Origin: Yuukianura sp. NJ FZ-2021
Lineage: Eukaryota
Direction of reading: 5' to 3'
Length of the DNA stretch: 64,000 nt
NCBI GenBank assembly: GCA_046563655.1
Contig: CM102289.1
Location: forward strand, 4,774,001-4,838,000
Of the stretch, positions 46,692 to 64,000 are shown one piece after another. Every line of letters starts with the position of its first letter. The first letter of the stretch is position 1. Made by a program: the position numbers and the translations under genes. The notes beneath the pieces are model-generated. The model was not told the DNA's origin and made no database searches. It saw nothing but the letters and a program-made list of their open reading frames with translations.

Positions 46692-49600
46692 CATCGCAAG
46701 TTGACTTTTGTTTCTGAGCGTTCTCTTATTTCACTCATATTTAAACTCACAAAATATTCCTAACAATATGTTGTGAACATGTTTTGAGAATTAAAGTAAA
46801 TGCAGCTACGCTGAAATTGGGCCAAGTGTGGCTTAGAACCAAAGGGTTATTTACCATTTCTTCCTTTCGTGTTGATGAGAATGCACTTTGTAGGTTTCCC
46901 TCTTAAGACTAAATCCTGATTGTTTGTCCAAAACAGACTGAAAAGTGAAGGAAGGGATTAAATAACGTTTTAGCATATTGAATGACTCTGTGGAAACAAC
47001 AATGGAGACAAATAACACTCATTCAATTCATTTCTGATTTTGTTTCCCTCGGAACCGTCATATTTTGAAGTGGCCCACCACCACTAGCCTTATTGTTCCA
47101 AGTTGGAACAATACTTGTGGTTGTGAGGCTTAAGTTGACCTAACCCCATCCCCCCTTTGACTCCTAAAGTGTCAACGAACCACTTTATGAAGGTGACAAG
47201 GTGTGAAGTTTCAACAACCAAAAGGCATTGAGAGACTGTTGGAAATGGTTAGAAAACATGTGGTACTGGAGACACTTTAAAAGTGTTTATTCACAAATTA
47301 AAGTGTTAAGGGATGCTGCGATGCAGGGAAGTTCTTAACAAAATGAAATTGAATACGAAGGAGTGAAGGCTACCCTTGTTAGTTGTGAAAATGGAGATGT
47401 CATTTGTTAATCCATTTAACTCCGAGCACACTCTGTTTATTCACTTCTTCAAAAGGTGATTTTTTGGTCATCGGTGTAGAATTTCTCAGTAACATTTAAT
47501 TCTCACGTTTCTTTTACTGTGTTACATGACTGTGGTAGAAAGCAAAAGAGATTTATTTAGTATGCTAAAGATTCCAATAGGAAATCAAGGTACAGTCGAA
47601 TAACCTCGCATTGCGCAAAATATTCTGATTGGTCGGTTTGACTAATCGTTTTAACAGCTATAACATACGATTTTAACACATCTGAGACCAAACCTGTTCC
47701 ATACAAAGAGATTTGCTGTTTTAAAAGCGAAATGAATCCCAAAATTTAAGTTTTACACGTTACCCCGCCGTCAGGAGAGATGAGTCTAAAAGTTAGGCAA
47801 TTAGGGGTTCTGCTGTAAGTCTTTCAAGTGCTACTAAATAAGATGGCGTTTCATGTAACTATTTAATATTTAAGTAAAGTGGACACAACGTGAGGATAAA
47901 GTTTCGACAAAAATCCATTTAGTCCAGTTTCATAAAACACCATGATTCTGTTGACAGAGTAAAGTGTGTCAACCATTGTATATTTTTAATGATCCACTTA
48001 TTTGCTACTTTGAAGAATCAAAGTTTTTAAAAGTAGACAAACGTTAGAAAAAGAAGTGACCCAGCCCAGTTCAAACTTTAATCCTCTGGGATCGCTACAA
48101 ACATCTTGCCGAAATAGTAGGAAAAGCAACATATCGCTTGACCTCCTCTTCTGTCCAAACATCGTATTCTCTCTATTTTGTTTCCTCATGTTTGTCCGAG
48201 AACTCCAGGGGAAACCCACTTCATTTAAAACATTTCGAAATTTTAAAAGTTTTTTGGATTTTACTCATTAAATATACTATACTTTGTATTCAAGGACATC
48301 GTACATAAACACTAGTTATTTGGGTCTTACTCAAGAAAGAAGCCATGTTTGGTTTCAAATTTTACATAAGAGCGTCATTCTTTACAATCTCTCTTAAAGA
48401 AGCTCTCCAAATCACAGAAACTGATTAAAACTAAAAATTATTATTGATTTTAATTTTTGTCAAATAAAAGTTGAACAAAAACGAAGGGGACAATTGAGTT
48501 AAAATGTAAATAGCGTCATCGGAAGTACTAAACTCCACCACTCCCAACGAACATTTCCCCCCATGCGGGGATTCAGGTCTTATTTGTTTAGAACGAAAAA
48601 GACTTTTCTCTGGAGTGAAAGAAGCCACACAAATTGGAACCACCTCCACAAAAAATTACAAACCCATTATTCTCAATTAGTCAAAGAACATTTTTAATTA
48701 AAATATCAACTAATTTCAACACTTTTCTGGAGGGAGAGAGCATGTGTCGCGTTTCCTTTAAAAAAAAAGAACTTCATTAAAATTTAACAATAGAGAAAAA
48801 ATTATTCTTACAAGAACAAGGTGACCTATTTCAGTTTCTGTTTCTACTTGTTACGTAAGTTTAAAATAAAATTAAAAACCATTTTAAAAAATACCCATGG
48901 CATTGTAAAGTTTAGCTACTACCATGAAAGACACAGCACGAAATTCGGAAATTCTGATAATTCTGAACCTTAATTTGTTTGAATTCCTAAGAAGTGTCTA
49001 ATTTTTTTCTGAAACAAGCTTCCAAGCTTATTTTCTTTTTTTGAATTTATTTTGAATAAAGAAAACGGAGGGTCCTGAATTTGAAAGATTTCAATTCTGT
49101 TCGCCTACTTTAATAATATTATGCATCAGAACGCTTTTTGAAAAGTCGGATTTAACGCTGTCAAAAAAAAAACTGCGTGGAGTAGTATATTTTTTGTTGC
49201 AAAAAGAATAAAAGGATCTGGAGCCTTTGGCAGAAGTGCTTGGCACTTCTAAAGCTTTAAGTTTTTCAAAATCCTCCAAAGCACCCGTGTGCATAACCAT
49301 TCAAAAAAGCTCACGTAATATTTTTTAAAAATTCTAAAGGTGATTTTCCATTTGTAAAAATCTTGTTGCTTTCACCACCAAAAACCACCTCCCGCCTTGC
49401 CTCCTTCCATTTCATGTGCTCAATTGAATACAAATAGACACAATGGAGACCCACGGAAGAAAAAATACAGCTAACTGCATCTATTTCGATACACTTCAAA
49501 TGCTCCATTCAGAAAGTCTTCTACGGCCGATAAAGTCCTCTACATCTATTACAATTCAGTTTCTAATATTCAAAAGTTTTGGAAAACTACTCAAAACGGG

Positions 49601-52600
49601 GGATCGGTTTCAAAGACGAAGCGCCTCAGCAATGGATTAAACGTTGGAGGTTTAAATTTTTTGTAAATATGAAAATGTATTCTGTTGTTTGACATTTGAC
49701 GATAAGCTGTTCAATGTTCAAAGTTTTCAAAAGATTTTTGAAACGGTGAGATTTGTGTCTTTGGGAATTAATGTTTTAGTTGAAGAGTGATTTGTGGAGG
49801 CTAATAAGCGATTTTGAGTAAAGAGACCGCCCCATCCAAGTGTAAAGTTTTAATTTTACGTTTGTACTTGTTCCGATCGTGTCACGCTTTGTTTCCTAGG
49901 GTTTCTTGAGATTATATTGTGAATAAGGGATTGTGACATTGTGAATTGAAAGGACAACGGGATGACATGGGTTTCTTTTCTGTGTGTATCCATGACATGG
50001 TCTTCACAATGTCCAATTTCCTTTCTTCTGAGGCTTCCTATTCACTCCCATTGTTTACTCTTAAACGATACACTTCCCAAATGTCTTTCACCGTTTCTTG
50101 TTTCCACAATTGAGCTCAAATCATTTTGGTCCTAAAGCCCCCTTTCGGCTGAAACTAAAATCGTCTTATGGTAGCAACTAATAAAAAAAAGCTGGAACTC
50201 TACGAATTTTTAGAAAAAGAATATTTCAATTGGAATTTAGTGTTTTGCATGAAAATGGAATCAGTAAAAGTGTGGTGGTCAATTATGTAGTCGTTTCATT
50301 GAAATTGGAAGAGAAAGAAGCCGTAAGTTGGGTTTTGTGGGGAAAGTAATCGGACTCTGTAATCGGACAGCAGGATCTTCTTCTAATAGTATGAAAGGAG
50401 AGGAAATTGTTATTGACTCTGGAAACCTCAAAAATGGAGGAAAGGGGATGATGACATGACGCGCAGGAAATGGAACATTTCGGACATTCGGTTCAATTCC
50501 TCTTTTCAATTCGTCCTTTTAGCCTTGTTGACTTGCACACTTTCAAATATTTATTAAGTAGCAAAAGCCACTTTGTGAGTCAACCTTGTCTGTCTGTCTG
50601 GCCGTCCGTTCTTCATTCCTGCAATTATCGCGGAAACGGCTCAACAAACAACCAAGATCTTTCAAAATTCTCACTGTTGCACATCAGATGACGCGGGTTG
50701 CTCACAATTGAGTAACCTACTGGCAGCTCGACTAAAGTCGGGTCAAAGGTCAAGGTCAGCCAGTTTCGTCTCCGGTAGCTCAGAAAAAGTCTTTTAGATT
50801 GCACATTTCATTGAGACTAACAAATTTTGTTAACAACATTCGACTCTAGGTGACCTTCTTCCGTCAAGGTCAAAGGTCACTGGGCTGTTCGCAATCCCGG
50901 ATTAATTAACTTTTAACAATTTATGGTGTTTTTCCAAAAACGTTTGAGGTTTGTGTTGGATTTGGTGTTAGGATCAAGTAGTAAAGGTTGAAGATCAAGA
51001 GATTTTTGTTGTGAAGGTGAACTGTGGGGAAAACGGCGTTTTGAATGTCTTTCTCATTTGAACTTAAGAATTGCGTTGTAATAAGCCAGGACGGTTTTGA
51101 TCGTGGGTGCTGTCCATTTGCAGTTGATCATGGTGTGAGGTTTGGGGGGCCCTCAAGGGCTCAATTGGTTGATGATGTAGATAGGGTATGGGGTAGGTTT
51201 AAGGTTGTTGTTGTTGGATTAATGTTGTTGAACACAATGTTCAAATAGACTCCATGTTCCTTGGGATCCAAAGGGAGCTGAATTGTAAAGGATCAAGTAT
51301 GGAGTTTGGAGGCTATGAAGATGATCTCCATCCCTATTTATTTGAACGTTCCCTCGGATGGGTGGTCTTGTGCGGACAATGACGAAAGGAGGCACAACCA
51401 TTTCCAAAGATCACCAAATAATCACTTCCATAATCCTCCTTTTGAATCTAAATACAAAAGTATCCCAACAGAGAATTACATTTACACTTTAGTAAATCTT
51501 CACAACCAAACTCCGCTTAAGTTCAACTACAAGGGGTCACACAGGGTGGTTTGAATCTACACAAAGTTAAACCACCATTTCTTGTGAAGCTTTACTCGTA
51601 CTTTGACGATTGACGAAGTTCGCATTTTAAAATTTGCAAAATCAAATGTGCAAAACCAGCAGGTTGATGAGACTATATTTTCAGTATCATCAGAGGCAAA
51701 AGTTATCAAAAAGAAGTTTTGACTAAATTTTTTATATCTCAAATTTACGCCTATTTAGCATCGCGCTAAACGTGTTCGCTGCAATTTACCTTCGCGCCTT
51801 TGTTTTTTGTTTTTTCAAATACGTGTAAATAACCTGGGCCAGTATTTCCTTCATGTTTGCAACTTTTGCGGTCACTGTGCCGGAAGTGTTGATGAGCATG
51901 GGTTTAAGTAAGCTTTTCATTGTGTTGAAATTAATTAATTTAGATGATCTCGAGTTGTAAAGTCCAAGTTTAAAGTTGGAGTTCTTCTTTTGAAGTTGGA
52001 AAGTCCTTTGTTGTAAGTTTGAGCGTTTAAGTCTTTTGGTTGGATCTCTGATGAACATCTGCCCTCGGATTATCCTACGACACACACAGAGAGACTTAAT
52101 GTCGGAGTTGAGCGGGTTCCTGGATTCAAAGTTCCCTCCATAGCTGGAGTCCTTGGGATAAGCCTTCCGACTCAAATTCTCACTAATCCCAAATCCCGGT
52201 AATGCCCGGCCGCTTTCGTGACATGACATTGGCCAAAGCCAAAGTGAATGGCTGGAGGCCTCCCTCTGGTTCATGCATGCTCTCTCGGTCCAAATTATCT
52301 TCTCCATCGTTTGTCAACAAACACAAAAAATGCTGAATTTTAAATTGGACTGCTTTTTTTATTCAGCTTTTTCAGCCTTGAAGGTCTAAAATCATTGTAA
52401 TTCTCAAGAAAACCAACCAAATTGGGAGGAATGAGAAAAATTTAGTTGAGGAGAAAGTAAAACTGGGTGTCTTTCTTTTGTTGGTTTCGTAATATTGTAA
52501 TTTCGAATATGATTGTTGTGTTGTTTTTGTGTCCTTGAATGACAACGGAAGCTTAGCGTGTGAATGTTGGAGGTTAGGTTGAAACGTTAATCCAAGTGTA

Positions 52601-55246
52601 ATTGATCCATGTCATCGTACTCAACAGTCTCCGCCATCTTTTTTTCATCCCACCCCTTTGCTTTCAATTCTTAAATGCGATCACACACAACAAAACTTTC
52701 ACATTCACCCTCTCATGGCTCAACTTTACTAAACCTAAACCTACTTTTCAATTGAACTTCTAATTTCCATGGAGCGTTTTGAATAAGTCCAAATCTTTTG
52801 TTTTTGTAGAGTGTCCAAAATGAAGAATGGTCATATACTTCATGAAACTTCGGTAAAATTCATTGGCTTTTATTTGCAAACCTCTTTTCACGACTCGTCT
52901 TGATTGCAGTCTGCCATAGGTATTTTTATACGCAAATCGTCAACATATCTATGATTTTGTTAAAGTTAAGCCCGTTTCGTAAACTTAATCAATAGTCTGA
53001 ACTTTAACGGTGGCCTAAAGTTCAACGCTGTGAACAAATAAAAAAAAATGGATTTGTGAAAATATGAGTTCCACTACTGCACTGTAGTTCAGACTGAAGA
53101 GATTTAATTCAACAGCCGTACAATCGAGTTGAAGTGACTTTTGAGGGGATTGGTTTTATTTTGAGAAATACGAAACGTGATTTTGGGAGTTTGTTGAAGA
53201 GAGAAGTGTTATTTTCGTGATGAGATCAAGGGAGTGGAAGATGAGGAGAAAGTCCCTAAGCCCTTTTCTCATCAAGGTGAAAGGTTCTCACCTAAGGATT
53301 TAAAACCCCCTGTAGAAAGCGTCCAAAGGAAGGTGTGTTATCATGACAAGATCAACTGTCGTCTTACACTCTGCCAAATCCTTAATTTTCATCTTCACTC
53401 ATCAACTCAGGAGCCCATTTCCTAATTCCAAAAGGACACAACTTCCGCACACCTAAATTCATTACTTTCCTCAACCTCTGACCTAAGGGCACTTCTTCTC
53501 AGATAAATCTGTAATCTCATGCCACTACAACACCAACCAGTCATATCCAAGTAAATCTCTATATAAAGCTTCCTCGCATCAAAAGATAATTAAAACAACG
53601 CAATTCACACCTTTTAGATAATTTACTATTTTATCAAAAAGCTCTTCCGTCCAAAACTATGAGCAAGGCGTCATCTATTGGTTTAGATTCGCAGTTTACA
53701 CTATGTTGCCGATTCTAAAGTTGATGTTTGACTGTATTAAATTCCATAATCGTAAACGGGGTCAAATTTGTTCTCTTCCGCGTTGTTCGTGACTCAATGG
53801 GAAATCAAAATTCATCGGATTCACAGGTTTAGTCAGTCCCAGTATTTTTCCAAATGCAATCTGATCGTCTGAGTTTAGGCAGTTTCTGGTTTGAGGCTGA
53901 ATTAAGCCAAGAAAACATTTTGTTCTTTCTTCATTACATTTATTGTTGTTAAAAACCAGTTCAACCTTTAGCCTCAATAGTCATATTCCACACCAGAGTG
54001 GTGATATCTGGATAACCGACTCTTTGTTAATTGTTATGGGTACTCTCGATTTACACCAAAGTGTTCGTTTCGTCGTGAATTAAAACGAGAATGATTATCT
54101 TGATTTCGCTTTCGCTTACGTTAGGTGTGATTTAGGTGGTTAGATTTGGGTAACCAACCAACATAACTTTCGCCTATTTTAAAAAATAAATCAGCATTTT
54201 GAATTTATTTAAACCTTGTTCCAACAAAATCTAAAATTATTATGTTTTAAATTTTTAACGTAGTTCAGTTCTCGTCACTGTGACTGTGACTTATTTTCTC
54301 ACGAGTTAAGTGTGGTGTTAAAAAAAATGGGTTAATTTGCACTAAGCCCAGAGGCTGATTCGATACAGTACAGAGGACTCCGAATGTCCGAGTACGAGGA
54401 CACGTCGTCTTTTATTCGGTCTCATCTCGGTTTACAATAAAGTCAAAGTCCGTCATATGATCCTCATAAAATCTCATTCTCAAATCTCAATCCCAACTTA
54501 GATCTCTTCCCCACCCAACGTCATCAGATAATTTGCCAGTTCATCAACCAGTCCATAGCGACCGACTGTCTTTGGATATTTTTAAAGGAACATACAAACA
54601 TAACAGCTTAGAGGTACACGGAATGTCATTCAGCTCCACCTCGACATGACGGAGACGATACGATGTGGGAGATACAGTTGATTTGAATAGAAGGTTTGTA
54701 TTAATAAAATGAATTGAGTGAATGTAATTTAATAGTACTTCAGTTGAGTAACGTTGAACTTTTTTTTTCAAGGCATTAGATGTCATTTGAGGAGCACGTC
54801 GTTCAGCCAGTGCAGCACAGACGTCAATTAGCCAGTATCGTAATCGTCACATCAGTTTATTCCAAATCCACCACACGAACAGCAGCCGACTGTTTGTTGG
54901 TGGGCGTTCTCCTGTCGCTTCGCTGTCTTCGCTTCGCCTTGTGTCTAGAAATATTGGCTTTCCGTGTGCCTATTTAATTAAATGTTCTGGAAACTTGGAA
55001 ACTGGATTTGGCTAAATGTCATTTGATTAGTAAGTCAGTCCAATTTGGTTTTAATCACCGTTTGGTAGCTAATGGAAATTGAAACTATGTATAACTTATA
55101 AATGGTTGTCAATTTGTACGTTACAGATTGTCTTGCTTCGGAGCGATTTGCTCAGGAGGACGGAAAGAAGTTCGCGAAGTCTAGGGGTTACGCTTGAGTA
55201 CTAGTCGGATTAATTCTCTCTTCTGTAATCGTTGTTTGCAGCTGGA

Positions 55247-57824
<2,578 letters not shown>

Positions 57825-58168
57825 ACGAAGACAACTGAAACAGAACATTCTCTGCCGTCTGCACAAAGCGAAACGATTTAATAGAAACATTCCTTAAGTG
57901 TGCTAAACCACCTCAAATAACCCCATACAATTAAGTTACTTGAAGGCTTCTAAGTTACGTTACAAGTGACGTTGTGTCACTGGCCTTTGCCTCGGCTGCC
58001 TCCCTTGTTTTTAGAAACCCCTGAAGATTACGGATCCGGTTGGAGTGATATCAATTTTGAAGCTATGCATCAAAGGAAGACAAACTACTTAATTTATAGT
58101 AGATTAGTTACAGATCAATTATGGAATAAAGAGTACCTGGTGTGCTCCTAACGGTCTTCTTCTAGTTA

Positions 58169-61100
58169 CTAAAGAAAATCCTTAACTTTGAGTTTCTTCC
58201 GAACGGAGTTGCTGTATCCCTCTTTATACTGGTACCAAATTCCGGACGCACTAGCTGTGGGCAATATAGGCTTGATTTTACTCTCACCAGTCACAAGTTT
58301 GTTTTTATATTTTTGTATATCGACGTACCTTTTTTAGCAAGGACTTTGGCTTGTTCTGGAGTAACTGGCTTGGGAACAACCGGTCGCCCGAAGAAATCTT
58401 TCGCCACTGTACTCGGCTTCACTGTTTTGTCCTAGAATCAAATACAACACATTACCAAAGAGAAATTGCTAAGATTCAATTGGCTGGTCATACTCTGTCA
58501 TATTTATGTAACCGTTGCTTCCAGTTCGGAACCTCTGGCGGTGGTGGTCCACTGGATGTTGTGGAAGTAGATGTACTTGCTTCTGGTTGCTTCGGTTGTG
58601 ATTCTGAATGTTTAGCACCTTCCTCATTCCCACTGGTTTCCTTGATCCCCTCGCGAGGCTCTTCCTGACGCATTTTCTCAATGTCAATCTCCCTGGAAAT
58701 TATTTGCTTCAAAGTGTACGGAAATTTTTGATGTGTTGTGGAAGCCTCTTCGCGTGGAAAACTTGTTAGTTCCTCAATGTCACTGCAATAGACAAGAGAT
58801 TTAGTTTTAAGTCGCTTTAAGTTCCAATCACTCTCCTCCAGAATAGGGAAGTCATGTGGCGAGGAGGTGAGTAACTGAGCTCGCCGACGCTGTTATATTG
58901 AGTATTGCAAAGTGTGATTGTTACACTTGTCTTTAACATACGGATCTAGTTGGAAGAGATAGTTTCCTTCCGGACTCCTTTGCTGCCTGTAGGACAAATG
59001 ATACCCCAGCATTATCTCCACAATGTTCCGAACACATTCCTTTTCGGCTTGACTCCACAGCTGACTCGGAATCTAGAGGTGATTTTAGGAATTTCATCAA
59101 GAGTCGAATCAATATCGGTTGTCTCCCAAATTGTCAACGAATTTTTATTTTTGAGAACTTACGGGTCGAATCGTAGATGGTTGAATTACAGTGAGCATAA
59201 GTGGAAACACGTCCAAAATAGCACTGCTCAGGTCAAGGAACCGCCCAATTGATGCCGGCATTTCGTTCAATTGAGTTTTAAAATTTGTGAATCTGGAAGA
59301 CTGTGCTTGCATCTAGAAGCGATTAATTCAAACGTTTAGAATTAATAATATTATTTGTCAGTGAGCTTTGTCGCAGAACCGAATTCAACAGCAAGCAACT
59401 CAAAAAAAAAATACTAATAGTACTCAATATTTCTTAGCAAGGAGACTAAAAACAGTCTTACTGTGTTGCTTGGGTATTGTACGTTGAAGGTCCTTCTTCC
59501 ACCACAAAGAAAGTGAATTCCGACGAAGTACATGGGAAGGTAGGCAAGCATTGAATAGTTCTGCAGCATATTGATTCGTCCTTGAAGTTCCATGAACCAA
59601 GCATTCCACTTTAGGGACTTCAATATCTGTAAACGAAAAGGAAAGAGTCAAGATTAGCATTTCGATTCCAGAATTAGAAATTCCGAATCTAGAAAAACAC
59701 TACTAAAGTTCTGTTATTAGTAAAGTACCGTTTCAAAATAGGAGTCTCGAAATCTTGTTTTGAGGTAGTTTTCATACACACCCCCCTGCAGTTTCTCGTA
59801 GTCTCCAAAATTTTGGACAACTGTCAATACGTTTGTGAATCTGGCATCTCCTCTCGTTGGGTCTGAGTTGTTATAGTACCTTTTCCTAAACAGAAAAACA
59901 CACTAAATTAGTAATGCTAAGGTAAAAGAAGTAAAACGTGCTCTGATTGGTTGGTTGTGAAAAGCAAAGTTTCTCGAAGAGGGGTTCAATTGTATAAATA
60001 GTTTCTATAAGTAAGCAATTGCAGTATTTACCCATCGGGAAGAAAAAAGATGTCTTCCCAAACTCCAAATATTCCTTTACATTTGTCTTTTGATCCCAAC
60101 TGGTTCAGAATGCTGTGATTAAGTTTTCCGTTCTTCTGCTTGATGAATTGTAACGTAGAAAGACACGCCCTAATATCGCACTCCGATTTTTCAGCAATGG
60201 AGTGCAGAGTGCCATTATCCAAGATCATGTCTTCCTTCAGTGAAATCTCTTCAATCCTTGCGACTAGTCTGAAATTGAAATTCAATCCAAAAGAATATCC
60301 AATGAAATAAAAGACAACATGAGACGACTGAATGCAACTTACGACGAGACAGGAATAGGATGAAACTGAAGTAGCAACGCAACTTGTCTCAGATTCTTGA
60401 GACTCGGTATGTACAATTCGTTACATATACAAATGATTGGTCTTCGAAGAACTTTCTTTCTCTTGTTTTTCCCTGTTTCCTTGGCTTTACCACATACCAA
60501 GTCTACTAGCACGTCAACGGTCGCCTAGTAGAGCAAAAGGGTAGTGATTACAGGAATATTTAAACATTTTGATGTGAAGAGACAATTGATTTAGTACCGC
60601 AGGAGATCCGTCGATTTCGTCCACTATGAGACAATTCGGGCGACCATCTTGGAACATTTCAGATCTGGACTCAGTTGTAGAATCCAGAATCTTTCGAAAA
60701 ATGTCCACTGATCGGTCGTCACTGGCGTTAATTTCGACGATATTGTATCCTAACAAAAAATTTCGTATGAAATGGCATTTACATATTCCAGTCATCCCGT
60801 CTGAATGCTGGACACTCAAGTTCAGAAAGTGGAACATCTTCAGTACCTCCAACTTTTGCAACGATGTGGGCTGCAGTCGTCTTCCCAAGTCCTGTAGTAT
60901 AACAGAATGAGTGTTTTATTAGTACAATGGTTCAAACTCAAAGGTTACCTTAGTAGTAGTTACCAGCGGGGCCGTGGAGCAATACAATTTTCTGCTGCGG
61001 TCGTCCTAACTCGTCATAAGCGTCATCCTGGATAAGATTCTTCTTCCAGTGTTGCTTTTCTCTCTCTTTTTCCTCTAAAATAAAAGAAACGTCTTGAAAC

Positions 61101-62227
61101 ACAACAATTATTAATGGCAAACTCTGCAAAACACTTACCAAGTTTTGAGAATTTCTCCTTGATTTCCTTGTGTCTGGCTAAATAATCCCTCCCAAAGACA
61201 CAATTGTCCCATAACTTGAGCCAATGCAGTAAGTCCTGATTTACACTCTATAAAACACTTACATTATTGTCCTCTTACTAGATACAAATTACCATTTTTA
61301 GAAGGATAAAATTGAATTTAAACTACCTCTTCGCTCAGTAGATCCATGTAACCTCTGGGTCTGTATTTTTCCACCCAGAGTGTCGTTTCTGTCTTCTTCT
61401 TCTTCACTCCATTTGCATTTTTGAGTTCTCTGATTCCACTGGCATTAGACGATACTTCTGACTGCACTCCCCATAATTCTGAGTCTAGTTCTTCTAATTC
61501 TAGTTCCATCGTTTCGTTGTCCTTATGAAAAGATTCTGGCTTTGGAATTCCGTTCTTCCCAACATTATTAGAAGAACTTGTGCTCTGAAAAAAAAACATG
61601 GAGACATGAAGAGACATGATTCAGTTGTCAATGTTATTCGGTTAGAATATTAAACGGATGGAAGATGACCTTACGAGCAACAGCGCTTCACGCTTCAGAT
61701 TATTGAAATTGACTCCGAGAATCCCTTTGTATGTTCTTGGCTGTATTTTAGTCTTCCGGGGATCGCTTTCCTTAGTTTCAAGCGATATACTGTTGTGGTC
61801 TGGAAGAAGCCGAAGATACAGGCGGTCTCCGTTTGAGACGGTCAGAGGAACGTATGGGACGTTTGGGACATGCTTCAATACTCGTCGGTACTTTACAACA
61901 GGAGGTATAAAGGGCGACTCCAACGGTTTGTTTTTGCTCGCTGTATTAATACGTTTGGAAGACGATGGTAAACGAGAGATTTCCAAAATTTCGTCATCGT
62001 CATCAATGTCTTCCGTATCTCCGAATAATAGCAATGCGTCTGTATTTGTTCGAGGGCGTTTCGACGGTACCGGTGGACGGATGTTATCTGGTATTCCATC
62101 GGACAGAAATCAACACTTACGTTAACTCCAAATACCAACAATTGCTCAAAGAGGCTGAAAAGTTAAATAAAATTGGTGCTTTAAATTACTAACCTTTTTC
62201 TAGTCTTTTGCTACTGTATCGATGCAT
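58169..62227 (-). CDS. CHTF18: Chromosome transmission fidelity protein 18 (RFC-like clamp loader subunit); 5' end uncertain
   Basis: LWVEKYRPRGYMDLLS, LLHGPA|GLGKT, EINASDDRS, PNCLIVDEIDG, RPIICICNE, CDIRACLSTLQF, KDFFGR, C-terminal YKEGYSNSVRKKLKVKDFL*. Confidence 0.93.
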
Positions 62228-62808
62228 AATTCCGAAGGTATACTCCAGTTCAGCGTTCTTCAGCCTCGTCGAAGAATACCTATTCGACTGGAATAGTTCG
62301 AGAATCAAACAACTTAATTAATAAATCCTGGACAAACTTTGGAGGAGTGTTGGAGTCGACGAGTCGAGTACTTGTTCAACTCAACTTTAGTTAGGTACAA
62401 ACCAACAAATACAAGTAACAATTCATTGAATGCTTGGGTAATAAAAATAAATCCCAGTTTCCCATTGCTTTGCTATTGATTCCTTTCCTTCATTCCTTTC
62501 TTACTTTATTAACCGCCCTTGATTTGACATTCGCGGTTTCTTGCATTTGTTCATGATGGGTTTGGCAAGGGTGGCGTGAATGAGTTTACTAATCATTAAC
62601 TTTCATAAATTCCATTTACTGACAACTATCTAAATCATATTATAGTTACAATTACCCAGTTAATAGTTGCAGAGATATTTAGAAATTTCCATAATTCATA
62701 CCAAAAAATATTCCCCTTCAGTTCAATCAAGGTTCTGAGTAGCAATCTGCAACCATTTATTTGAAAAAGAATGTTTTGTGTTTGGATAATAAATTACTAA
62801 AGAGGATT

Positions 62809-63931
62809 TCATAGTGGATCAAACTGAGAGCCTCGGAGCGTATGCATTTTAGAGGAAGAGATTCCTTCATCCTCGTTACTCATCGAAATTTTGGAAACGT
62901 ACTCTGGATTTGTGGCCAGTTTCTCATTCATTTCGGCCAAACGCTTGTTCAGTTCAACACAGACATCAATCTAAAGGAAAACAAAAGGACATTAACAGCA
63001 ATAGAATCCAAAATGTTGCTCATATGAAACGGCCCAATGATGGAGTTACCTGATTTTCAATCTTGCGCATAACCGTTGCATTATTGTATTTTTCCTTGTT
63101 GTCCAGAAATACGACCATCCCATCCTTCTGATTGATCCTGGCGTAAATCTCTCCATCTTGAATCTGAGATTGTGTTGCGGGTGAAGTAAGTTACAAAGAG
63201 CATGTTAAATTCTAGATTGCGTCTTACCATGTATAGAATCAATTTCTCTGCCTGCAAAGCTCCGCCAGGGAGTTGAACTCTTGAAGCCAAGTCCACCAAG
63301 CTTAACGTCAGAAACGTTTTCGTCAATCGCTTAATATTCAGTTTCGTAAGAGCTGTTTTTACTTGCTTCACGAGTCCAGTGTTGATGTCCCTGGAATGAA
63401 AAAGAAGGTGCGGATTAAACATAATAACTTTACGAGTACTTACCTGAGATCACAGAACTATAGGTTCTTCTACTTGTTTTATGCATAGCATACTTACCTG
63501 CGAATGACTTCCATGTGACGATTAATAACGTTATGGAGTTCAGTCGGATTGTGCGTTTGAAAAGCTGTAGCTATCTCATTGTAAGCTACTGCGTTCGGCT
63601 TCAAAATTCTATGCAAACATGAAATTAAAAATCAATTAATCCGATTGGTAAACTCAAGATTTAGATATACATATTTTCAAGAATATAGTTTTTACCTATT
63701 TACTGTTTGAAGGGCACATTTGGGTGGTTGGGGAACTTCGCCGCAATTGCACAATGACAAAAGTACAAACTTTTTGTAAGCTTCAAGCATAATATAAGAA
63801 AGTGTAGCTGCTGGTACTCGGAGACATGCTTCAAAGAAGAACAGAGCCTCCTTGTACTTTCTGAGTGCTGCGTAGATCATTCCTCCATAATAGAAGTAAA
63901 GTAGCAACTGCTTCCCATCACTTCCCTTCAT
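62809..63931 (-). CDS. COPS3: COP9 signalosome subunit 3, 3' part (continues beyond the window)
   Basis: LLYFYYGGMIY..LEAYKKFVLLSL, DINTGLVKQV..NIKRLTKTFLTLSL, I.ARINQKDGMV.F (PCI domain). Confidence 0.92.
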
Positions 63932-64000
63932 CTAACGTTGTTAAGTTAAAATTCGAAATTAAAACCCCAGACCGTTTTACTTTGTTAATTGGCATACTTT

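Noticed and set aside
46700..55100. Short ORFs downstream of gsc, including 51786-52307
   Set aside because: No recognisable motifs; probably regulatory DNA and decayed repeats.

Overview
Eukaryotic, short-intron animal DNA; an arthropod such as a springtail is my inference from gene content. Host genes: ASCC2 (+, 5'-partial), a Cys-loop ligand-gated anion channel (+), a small orphan secreted-protein candidate, an F-box/LRR-like gene, the acetyl-CoA transporter SLC33A1 (+), goosecoid (+), a NAK/AAK1-family kinase (+), CHTF18 (-) and COPS3 (-, partial). Two accessory regions stand out. (1) A 15.6-kb insertion (3005-18628, one 4-bp ACTT target-site duplication) lies antisense in an ASCC2 intron. 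It is a head-to-tail chain of three Ty3/Gypsy internal domains sharing four LTRs of two types: LTR-A / Gag-only / LTR-A / gag-pol-ORF3 / LTR-B / Gag-only / LTR-A. The full element has a GGGAAAC -1 frameshift site, a non-Env third ORF behind a canonical splice acceptor, and a pol frame that stays open across most of that ORF. It shares a 93-nt near-identical block and its PBS with the otherwise distant Gag-only partner, which suggests a helper/satellite retroelement pair. (2) A decayed TE cluster (about 31.8-38 kb) holds a Ty1/copia RNase H followed about 30 nt later by a class I fusion-glycoprotein-like env (furin site, fusion peptide, heptad repeat), an RRP6-like exonuclease remnant and a BEL/Pao fragment. 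All calls were made by eye; no database searches were run.
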